NCBI RefSeq assembly: GCF_006345805.1
Contig: NW_021834624.1
Coordinates: 1 to 52,696, forward strand
Direction of reading: 5' to 3'
Length of the DNA stretch: 52,696 bases
DNA from: Octopus sinensis
Lineage: Eukaryota
Positions 1-8,879 of the stretch are shown in pieces. The position numbers and the translations under genes are program-made. The notes under the pieces are model-generated. The model did not search any database. It saw only the letters and a program-made list of their open reading frames with translations, and was not told the origin of the DNA. The first letter of the stretch is position 1; every line of letters starts with the position of its first letter.

Positions 1-11
1 GTTGCTTATTT

Positions 12-50
<39 letters not shown>

Positions 51-138
51 GGAGTAAACCATAAATGTGAAACAAGGTGGAAAAAAGAGTACTCAAATAC
101 CAGTGGTAGTGTAATATGCTTAGGTAAATAAAATCTAT

Positions 139-182
<44 letters not shown>

Positions 183-266
183 TTAGTAGAAAACATAAAC
201 CTGGAGAAAAAGGTCACTTTAAAATGTAGAGCAGTATATATTTTTTATTGAGGAAGGGCAGTTTAT

Positions 267-327
267 GGGATTACCCTGGGTTTCCCGTCCATAAAGGGTT
301 TAACTTTATGGCGTATCATCACACCTC
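267..327 (-). ncRNA. Degenerate type I hammerhead-like motif
   Basis: Minus strand reads GAGGT-GTGATGA-TACG-CCATAAAG-ttaaacc-CTTTATGG-ACGG-GAA-ACCC-A-GGGT-A-ATCCC. It has a perfect 8-bp stem II core, a near-palindromic stem III, a GUA triplet and stem I at 4/5 pairs, but C3 is mutated to G. AATAAA lies about 20 nt downstream. Confidence 0.45.
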
Positions 328-884
328 AAAACCTATATATACATATACGCATATCTATATATCCTACGTGTGACTATGCGTTTAGTGCAACATGTAAACA
401 TGATGTGATGAAAGAGGCGAGGCAGATAACTGACATTTCCATATAGAGAAAGAACTGTTCTCCAAAGAGAGGTACAGCTGTACTGATATGGAAGGGAGGG
501 GGAAACGGGGGAAGTGCATTCACCAGATTCTGGGTCAACTTGATAAAATTCAAGGACAGCAGAATCTACATGGGTTGCATCTGTGGTGAGGCCGCGGGAG
601 GTGGAGCATATACATACATACGTTTCTCCGGTCGGCTGCGACCTACTCTGCTATCGATACAGAAAATATGAAAGGCGAAGTTGACCGCGGCGTGTTTGAA
701 CTTAAAGTGCAGTGAACCAGAACGGATACCACAATGTATTATGTCCTATACTCTTGCGACTGTCAATTCAACGTCGTTAATGAAGCTGAAATGTTGGTGC
801 GTATGTAAACGACTGTGCGAAGTGAGGTCATGAGAATGGCTCCTTTGTACATCACACAGTCGATAAAATAAATGTCATCATCAT

Positions 885-1261
885 CATCATCATCGTTTAA
901 CTTCCGTTTTCCATGCTAGCATGGGTTGGACGGTTCGACCGGGGTCTGGGAAGCCAGGAGGCAGCACCAGGGTCCAGTCTGATCTGGCAGTGTTTCTACG
1001 GCTGGATGCCCTTCCTAATGCCAACCACTCCGTGAGTGTAGTGGGTGCTTTTTATGTGCCACCAGCACAGGTGCCAGGGGTGGCTGGCAACGGTCACAAT
1101 CGGTTGGTGCTTTTTACGTGCCACCGGCACGGAAGCCAGTCAAGGCGGCGCTGGCATCGACCACATACGGATGGTGCTTTTCACATGCCACCGGCACAGG
1201 TGTCAGGGGAGGCTGGCAACAGCCACGATCGGTTGGTGCTTTTTATGTGCCACCAGCACGG
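885..1261 (+). mobile_element. SINE-like interspersed repeat with internal ~62-67 bp tandem units
   Basis: Starts after a (CAT)n run and contains GGATGCCCTTCCTAATGCCAACC. Four copies of a 27-nt motif GGTGCTTTTYAYRTGCCACCRGCACRG occur at 1044, 1106, 1173 and 1235. Truncated at the junction with the inverted duplication at 1258. Confidence 0.6.
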
Positions 1262-1648
1262 AATGTGAAAAGAATAAATGCGTATAAGTGCCAAAAGGAA
1301 AAGAGAGGCACAACCGGGTAGTACGACATGTACCCCAACCGGCTCTGCATTACAGCCACAACTTCTTGTTACAGCATTTTAACTATCGTGTACATTGACT
1401 ACGAACTGGTATTTATCATCCTTGTATCTGAACAATCTTCTACGTCATATTATAGATTCTTTGTTTGTCCTTGTTTGTCCCCGCTAAGTTTTGCCCCTTG
1501 TGGGCAATAAAGAAATATATTATAGATTCTTCCAATGCTCTGTACTACACGTGTAATAATTATACAACACCCAGTATTGAGTACCCTCTTTTATTCTTGC
1601 TTACATTCAGCTATTTACTTACACGCGCACATATACGCACACACACAT
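1258..1648 (+). repeat. Left arm of 391-bp inverted duplication (partner 4918-5308)
   Basis: Manual alignment to the reverse complement of 4918-5308 gives about 10 substitutions in 391 bp (~97%). Confidence 0.95.
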
Positions 1649-1748
1649 CCACACAAACGCACACACGTACACACATACATACAAGCATACCTACATATGC
1701 TATATAGTGCTACAGATTATATCCGTGGGGTTTATAGCCAATATTATA

Positions 1749-1954
1749 GGTGCAACAGTGGTTGTGTGGTAAGAAGCTTGCTTGTCACCCACATGGTTCC
1801 AGGTTCAGTCCCACTGCGTGGCACCTTGGGCAAATGCCATCTTCTATAGTCTCGGGCCGACTAAAGCCTTGTGAGTGAATTTGGTAGATGGAAAGTGAAC
1901 GAAGCCCGTTGTATATATATATATATATATAGAGAGAGAGGAGAGAGAGAGAGC

Positions 1955-1988
<34 letters not shown>

Positions 1989-2737
1989 TAATACTTACTT
2001 GGAAAAGGATGCGTGGCGTTCAATCATATTATAATATAAATAGTATATATAAGCATATATACATACGTATATGTACATACTTCATATTTTTTGTTGTAAA
2101 CTCTATACGATCTTTTTCCTCTTTCGTTTTTCTCTCTTTTTCACTCTCTTTTCTTTTACATCCTCTTCTCCCACTTTTCTTTCCTGTTACTCTGTCACCC
2201 TCTCTCCCTCACTCCTCCTCCCTTGCTAACGTAGCTCTCGCGTGACCGTCGACCATCTTTCTTTCTCTCTCTCCATTGTAGCTGGAACAAGGAAGACGTG
2301 TTCTTGTTTGTCTCCTGTCCAAGCTTGATTTGCGCGTTCACCACCACAACCTCGTTTAGGCTTAGCAGCCCTTCCTGTTTGTTTTCACTGTCCTGTTTCT
2401 GTTACCTATTTTGACCTCTGCAAAATCCCAAATTTTGTTTAATTTCCTTGCGGGAGCAACTATTTTATCGAAAGCGTGTGTTGTTTTTAAATGCTCAAAA
2501 TATGAGAGTAGAAAAACAGTCAAAAACTGATGAAGGGTCGTTCTTTATGTTGTTTGTCTTGTTTTCCATTTGTGTCTTTCGTTGTTCGAAAGAATAGTTC
2601 ATGTTCTATGTACTCGTAACTCGTACTTTTTATTGTACATGTTTCGTGACGTCACATGCCCACATATGCATATATATATATATACACGTATAGATGTATG
2701 TACATATACGTATGTATTGTGCATATATATATATATA

Positions 2738-2782
<45 letters not shown>

Positions 2783-3024
2783 TATGTATGTAGTGTATGT
2801 ATGTATGTATATATGAGTGTACATCTCTGTGTCTGTGTTCGTTCCCCACCACCGCTCGACAACGGGTGGTGGAGTGTTTACGTCCCCTAACTTAGCGGTT
2901 CGGCAAAAGAGACTGATAGAATTAAGTCCTAGGCTTTAAAAAATAAGTCCTAGAGTCGATTTGTTCGATAAAAACCCTTCAAGGCGGTGCCCCATCATGG
3001 CCGCAGTCAAATGACTGAAACAAA
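1749..3024 (+). mobile_element. tRNA-derived SINE family A (CORE-like), split by an insertion in its internal (TA)n
   Basis: Head GTGGTTGTGTGGTAAGAAG...GGTTCAGTCCC (A/B-box-like), CORE-like CCTTGGGCAA segment, and tail GGTGCCCC.CATGGCCGCAGTCAAATGACTGAAAC at 2988-3021. Colinear with the uninterrupted copy at 21415-21822. About 700 bp of other repeat sits at ~1990-2670. Confidence 0.85.
2305..2670 (+). mobile_element. Interspersed repeat (Penelope-LTR-like, uncertain); second copy at 7835-8135
   Basis: Clear alignment to 7835-8135 (CTTGATTTGCGCGTTCACCACCACAACCTCGTTTAGGCTTAGCAGCCC...). Both copies end in (TA)n. CTGATGAAG occurs at 2528. Confidence 0.6.
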
Positions 3025-3178
3025 CGGTTCTCAGCCGTTTTTTGCCTTTGGAACGCTTTGATTCCTACTTTAGTTCAATAGACTCTCAACCATTCCGTGT
3101 TCGAAAAGCATCTTGTAATATTTCTAAAATTAAATATCGTTACGAATTGTATAAAACATTGTGAAAATATATCGTGTA

Positions 3179-3550
3179 CTAGCAGTATCGCCCGGCGTTG
3201 CTCGGGTTTGTAAGGGAAATAACTATAAAGCATTTTTAGAGAGTTATAGCCAAAAGATGTAAAAAAAATGATGGTAAATTTTTTTTTAGTTAAAAAGGTC
3301 GAGTTGCGTCCCCTAGACAGTCTGTGGTTTGTGTTTCTGATTCTCGACCCCATGTCGAATTATCGATTTTTTTCAGAACTGGGGGAACTTTTCAAAATTT
3401 TCGCGTGTGTTAGTTTTGAATTATGACATTGGGCTATGTGTGTGTCAAGTTTCATCAGAATCGGTTGGAAAGCCGTGGTCAGGGTGAGGGTACAACCTAA
3501 CAGACACACAGAAACACACACAGACAAACTGCCGTTTATATATAGAGAGA
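3179..3550 (-). mobile_element. Non-autonomous Helitron
   Basis: Minus strand: A|TCTCTCTATATATAAACGGCAG...CCCGAGCAACGCCGGG-CGATACTG-CTAG|T. This gives a 5' TC, a 3' CTAG, a GC-rich subterminal hairpin, an A^T target and no TSD. Confidence 0.85.
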
Positions 3551-3570
3551 TTGTACAAGTAGAACTAATT

Positions 3571-3830
3571 TATTCTCTTTTACTCTTTTACTTGTTTCAG
3601 TCATTTGACTGCAGCTATGCTGGAGCACCGCCTTTAGTCGAGCAAATCGACCCCAGGACTTATTCTTTGTAAGCCTAGTACTTATTATAACAGTCTCTTT
3701 TGCCGCACCGCTAAGTTACGGGGACGTAAACACACCAACATCGGGTGTCAAGCGACGTTGGGGGGGACAAACACAGGCACACAAACATATACACACACAT
3801 ATACACACACACACACTCACACCACACCAC

Positions 3831-3875
<45 letters not shown>

Positions 3876-4034
3876 GACGGGCTTCTTTCAGTTTCCGTCT
3901 ACCAAATCCACTCACAAGGTTTTGGTCGCCCCAAGGCTATAGTAGAATACACTTTCCCAAGGTGCCATGCAGTGGGACTGAACCCGGAACCAAGTGGTTG
4001 GTAAGCAAGCTACTTACCACACAACCACTCCTCC
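3571..4034 (-). mobile_element. SINE family A, full length
   Basis: Colinear with 21415-21822 including head, internal (TA/CA)n and CAGTCAAATGACTG tail hairpin. Confidence 0.9.
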
Positions 4035-4509
4035 TATTGCACATAAATTTTAACAATGGAGTCATATATCGACACCCGAGGGCCATGTGGACACCGGTGG
4101 AGAACCACTCATATTGACAGATGTAAAACCTTGACTTTATGCAAAAGAATATATCTTAGTTGACATCAAGCGAGGGATCAGCTGAGCTAGTTTTAGTCCT
4201 GTGTTGAGATTTCATCAGTAACTTTTAACTCTCTGCGGGCACACTGTTTGTAAACCCACTGTTGCTTACAACAGGCTGACAAAATGGATGGATGACTGCG
4301 TATATATCTGACTGCTAGTTCTATTAATAAATTGTAGGTTCGTTAATAGGATATGGTTTCCATATTGTATTACAGAATATATCTATAGGCTTTAGCAAAT
4401 CTACAGTAAACACTTTGTTTTCATATACCAGATGTTTCTGGTAAAATACACCCCCACTCACACACATATACCAGATATATTTATGTATGTATGTATACAT
4501 ACATATATG

Positions 4510-4545
<36 letters not shown>

Positions 4546-4578
4546 TATACATTTATTAAAAACAGAGCACAAAGGATA

Positions 4579-4678
4579 TCGTGGTACACGTGTTTCAAGG
4601 TTTATAAACAATCTGTTATAACATCAGCATAGGTATATATTGATATAAAAGATGGTTTAAAGCTCTCTTCAGCCGCAA
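4579..4678 (-). ncRNA. Type I hammerhead ribozyme (inverted copy)
   Basis: Minus strand TTGCGG-CTGAAGA-GAG...CTT-GAA-ACACGTGT-A-CCACGA. Same fold as 4712-4812 with one stem I mismatch, followed by AATAAA (plus-strand 4552-4557). Confidence 0.7.
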
Positions 4679-4711
4679 ACAAATGTGATGTAATCTTTGG
4701 ACTAACAATGT

Positions 4712-4812
4712 TTGCGGCTGAAGAGAGCTTTAAACCATCTTTTATATCAATAATATACCTATGCTGATGCAATAACAGATTGTTTATAAACCTTGAAACA
4801 CGTGTACCGCGA
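4712..4812 (+). ncRNA. Type I hammerhead ribozyme, Penelope-LTR type
   Basis: Stem I TTGCGG (4712-17)/CCGCGA (4807-12), 6 pairs. Core CTGAAGA 4718-24. Long imperfect stem II 4725-4794. GAAA 4795-98. Palindromic stem III ACACGTGT 4798-4805. GUA triplet with predicted cleavage after 4806. Confidence 0.8.
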
Positions 4813-4917
4813 TATCCTTCGTGTTCTGTTTTTAATTTATGTTTGATATATTCTCTCACCTCTGCCACTATCTGGCGTATACTGCTGCTTACACTTACCA
4901 AGTATTCCCTCTAAACT

Positions 4918-5308
4918 ATGTGTGTGTGCGTGTATGTGCGCGTGTAAGTAAATAGTTGAATGTAAGCAAGAATAAAAGCGGGTACTCAATACTGGGTATT
5001 GTATAATTATTACACGTGTAGTACAGAGCATTGGAAGAATCTATAATATATTTCTTTATTGCCCACAAGGGGCTAAACTTAGCGGGGACAAACAAGGACA
5101 AACAAAGAATCTATAATATGACGTAGAAGATTGTTCAGATACAAGGATGATAAATACCAGTTCGTAGTCAATGTACACGATAGTTGAAATGCTGTATCAA
5201 GAAGTTGTGGCTGTAATGCAGAGCTGGTTGGGGTACATGTCGTACTACCCGGTTGTGCCCCTCTTTTCCTTTTGGCACATATACGCATTTATTCTTTTCA
5301 CATTCCGT
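4918..5308 (-). repeat. Right arm of 391-bp inverted duplication
   Basis: Reverse complement of 1258-1648 at ~97%, including the same 56-bp SINE-tail insertion. Confidence 0.95.
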
Positions 5309-5359
5309 ACCGGTATATATAATATATATATATATATAATATATTATATATAATATATA

Positions 5360-5397
<38 letters not shown>

Positions 5398-6059
5398 TAT
5401 AAAATGAGATAGGGGTTGAAAATTCAACCCACCATGGGATAACATATATCCAATATACTGCTAGAGAGGTACCCAACAAGACTAATACATAAATGTTAAA
5501 AATTGCCATGCAATTAATTCATCTACTGTATTATGTGGGCAAAGGTAAAAATATTACCGTAAATTAATACTACAAAATTAGAAAATGGAGAAACATAAAG
5601 TATGTTATATATATATATATATATATATATTGTCGTATTTCAGCATGGTCTTTTTCCTCACATGCGCTATATATCTGTTTATCATTCGTTTATTACTATT
5701 CTTATTCTAACTCTCTCTCTCCTCTCTTTCTCTCTCCCTCCCTCTCTTTCTCTCTCCCTCCCTCTCTTTCTCTCTCCCTCCCTCTCTTTCTCTCTCCCTC
5801 CCTCTCTTTCTCTCTGTCTCATATTCATGACTTTCGTTACGCTGCTTTTCGTGATCGGAGGTGAAACGGAATAATGAAGATTTTTTTACGAGGTTCATGG
5901 AGCGACACTAGTGCCGGCGTCACTCTTTAAAGTGGTCGTCAATAGGAAAGGCATCAAGTTGCAGAAACCATAAGAAAAGACCCACGTACACATAACATAT
6001 CGCTCCTCAAATCGTCCGGGACTGAACTGGACAGTGACAACCAGCCCAGACCTTAGTAG

Positions 6060-6365
6060 GTGGTGGTACATAGCCTAGTGGTTAAAGCAGCGAACTCGCG
6101 GTCGAGGGATCGCGGGTTCGAATCTCAGACCGGGCGATATGTGTGTTTATGAACGAAAACACCGAAGCTCCGCGCGGCTCCGGCAGAAGGTAATGGCGAA
6201 CTTCTGCTGACTCTTTCGCCACAACTTTCTCTCACTCTTTCCGCCTGCATCTTGCAGCTCACCTGCGACGGACCGGCGTCCCGTCCAGGTGGGGAACCTA
6301 GACGCCAGGAAACCGGGAAACCGGCCCTTATGTGTCAGGCATGGCTCGAGAAGGGGAAAAAAAAA
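6060..6365 (+). mobile_element. tRNA-derived SINE family C (OR-like), full length with TSD
   Basis: tRNA-like head TAGCCTAGTGGTTAAAGCAGCGAACTCGCGGTCGAGGGATCGCGGGTTCGAATCTC, A-rich tail, and 13-bp TSD CAGACCTTAGTAG at 6047-6059 and 6366-6378. Confidence 0.9.
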
Positions 6366-7084
6366 CAGACCTTAGTAGCATGTAGAAGTTAAAATGTTGT
6401 GTGTGTGTGTACACACGCGCGCGCACGCACACAGATACACACACATATACATAACAAATAGCAATGACACTTTGCTTTAAATAAACAGAAGATTGCCCAC
6501 TTAAACGGGATGGTCACAGCTGGAACAGCACACTCCTTCAAACACAAATTCTTCACTAATTGACTCATCAAGTTTATCAAGTTTATCAAATTCATATTTG
6601 GGGAGTTCATTTTTGAGTTTGATAATTATTAATAAAAAAAACATATAATAAATAATAATAAAACTTAAAACTTTTAATTAATTTCGTTCTAATATCAATT
6701 GTGTCAGATGTGTAAAGTAAGCGATGCTAAAATATATTTCTGTGAGTCACACATTAGATATCCAGCGACCATCTGGTTGTTTCGGTACCACAGCGTCGTC
6801 AGTCATACCCAGGTCATTTTTATACTGTAATCTGGTAAATCTAATGTCGGTTACCCGAGTCATAAGAGGCTCAGCGAGAGGAGTGGTGAGTGAATAGACG
6901 CTTTGAATAAAGAGAAGGTGGGGAAATATTTATCAACATATTCCATTATGTGTGTATACACCGGGTGCAATGGGTCATTTATCACATTTTGTGTTCTTAA
7001 TGCCCATGCGCATTGTTTGTTTTTGATTTTGTCAACTACACAGTATAGTAGGGTCGGTTGGACACCGTCTCTGGGAAAAACACC

Positions 7085-7729
7085 ATGACGTAATTCACTC
7101 TGCCAGAAATTTGGAAACGACAAGCTGTACTGCTTGACATTTGCGCCGAAAGATCCAGTCCAAATATTTCAGAGTGTTTGGATGTTAATCTGAGGACCGT
7201 GCAATCTGAGAACATGTACCGAGAGTGATAAAAATCAAACATCCAGTCAACATTATGGAGTTTGAAGTGATCGTTAGTGATGGTGACGTTATGTCTCCGT
7301 TTATCTTCCCACACAATCTCAGACTCAACACGTAGGCCTACATCAAGTGCCTGGAGGAAGTAGTGTTGCTCAGGGTCAAGAGGAAGGCTGCTGGAAGACC
7401 CAGTCTGGTAACAGGACTCTGCACCATGCCACACAAGTAGGAGAACTGAGTCATGGCTGTCAGACAATTTCTGTGTCCACATCACCCCTAACATCTGGCC
7501 ACCTAACTCCCCAGACTGCAGCCCCCTTGATTATTATGTGCGGGCCACAGCTGAGCAAGAGACCAACAAAATTCCTTGTAACACAAAGATGAACTGAAGG
7601 CAAGGATTATGTCAGCATTCACCAACTTAAACAAGGAGACCATCCAGAAGAGTTACAGGAGATTCCGAAGTCGTCTGGAGGCCATGGTTGAAGCCAATGG
7701 CAAGTTTATTGAAAAGATTTACTCTTTAG
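7085..7729 (+). pseudogene. Tc1/mariner-superfamily DD37D (maT-type) transposase relic, internally deleted
   Basis: Translates to W*QDSAPCHTS...WPPNSPDCSPLDYY...RLEAMVEANGKFIE, with 37 residues between the second and third Asp. Contains stops and frameshifts; the N-terminus is joined directly to the catalytic region. Confidence 0.85.
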
Positions 7730-7834
7730 TATTTCAAGATATTTTTATGTAATTTTGGCAAATATATCTGTTAAAATGGGATGTCAGTGCTATTTGCATT
7801 TTTGTGCAATGTAGACGACAATTTATTCACCGCG

Positions 7835-8135
7835 TCTCCCGTCTAGGCTTGATTTGCGCGTTCACCACCACAACCTCGTTTAGGCTTAGCAGCCCTTCCT
7901 GTTTGCTTTCAATGTCCTGTTTGTGCTACCAATTTTGACCCTCCGTAAAATCCCAAATATTTATTTAATTTGCTTTGCTGGAGCAACTGTTTATCGAAAG
8001 CGTATATCGTTGTTAAATGCTCGAAATATGAGACTAGAAAAACAGCCAATAAATTATGAAGGTCGTTTTGTTCCATGTACCCGTGCTTCGTATTTTTTTA
8101 TTGTACACGTTTCGTGATGTCCTATGCCCACATAT
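7835..8135 (+). mobile_element. Second copy of the 2305-2670 repeat
   Basis: Aligns to 2305-2670 with an internal deletion and ends in a (TA)n tract. Confidence 0.65.
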
Positions 8136-8189
8136 GTACATATATGTACGTATAGATGTATGTATGTACATATACGTATGTATATATGC

Positions 8190-8221
<32 letters not shown>

Positions 8222-8389
8222 CATTTATATTATATATATTTACATATATATAGACATACATGCGCATATACATATACATACATGCATATACGCACACACA
8301 CACACACAGAGACACACATATATATGACGAAGACAGGTGTATAAACAACAAACAGGTGCGTTAGCTTAACGTTCGAGAAGGTGAGAAAA

Positions 8390-8430
8390 TCTTTTGTTTC
8401 GAGCCTACGCTCTTCAACAGGAAGGAACAC
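8390..8430 (-). ncRNA. Degenerate hammerhead-like core
   Basis: Minus strand CTGTTGA-A-GAGC-GTAG-GCTC-GAAAC: perfect 4-bp stem II and GAAAC, but A6 is changed and the NUH triplet is missing. Confidence 0.4.
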
Positions 8431-8654
8431 GAAGAAATAAACAGAGAGAGAATTAAAAAATCTTTTGGAGCTAACGGTCAATCACCTATATATACATACA
8501 GCCAGCCCTAAACTTAACTCGTCCTGTCGAAAAGACGCTTGTCCTGACGTCCTGGTTTTGTTATTATTGTTTTTACGTATTTTTGTATTCTTATTCGTGT
8601 AACATCGTCCGTTTTCCGTCCCTGTGTTGTATACTTTCGAGGCTTTCTTCCAAG

Positions 8655-8845
8655 GAATCTAATGCGCTTGGCTTAGATTTCCCTTGGGGGCTGCCCAGAT
8701 CGGAGCAATCTCAAGATTAATCAGCCGAAATTGCGAAGATGATCCGGTTCTTGACTGATGACTGAGGGCTTCGAAAGTCCCGTCCGTGTTTTTTGTGTCG
8801 TCTTCTAAATGTTTCACGTTCTTGTCCCAGTTTGTATATTTTTTT
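8655..8845 (+). repeat. Interspersed repeat; second copy at 47870-48060
   Basis: Shared TGATCCGGTTCTTGACTGAWGACTGAGGG.TTCGAA.GTCC.GTCC...CGTCTTCTAA...CGTTCTTGTCC. Both copies abut (TA)n. Confidence 0.65.
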
Positions 8846-8879
8846 TACTTTTACATATATATATATATATATCCTTAAA

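Noticed and set aside
1044-1261. CRISPR-like array (27-nt repeats, 35-40 nt spacers)
   Set aside because: Spacers are homologous to each other, the context is a eukaryotic SINE-like repeat, and there are no cas genes.
2528-2600. CTGATGAAG...TTCGAAAG hammerhead-like spacing
   Set aside because: No stem I, stem III or NUH could be built, and the second copy (~8050) lacks the motif.
5171-5353. Hydrophobic 60-aa ORF in the inverted-repeat arm
   Set aside because: Short, runs into (TA)n, has no homology I can recognise, and has a stop just upstream in frame.
6060-6140. Possible tRNA gene (also SINE heads at 14957, 21415, 40510, 50260, 52112)
   Set aside because: Continues into a SINE body with tail and TSD; acceptor stem not intact.
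6767-6802. Minus-strand CTGACGA...GAAAC...GTC
   Set aside because: Stem II has at most 2 pairs and stem I cannot form.
8755-8790. CTGATGA...CGAAAG motif (CTGAAGA...CGAAT at ~47970)
   Set aside because: No stem II pairing or stem III, and GAAA is not conserved between copies.
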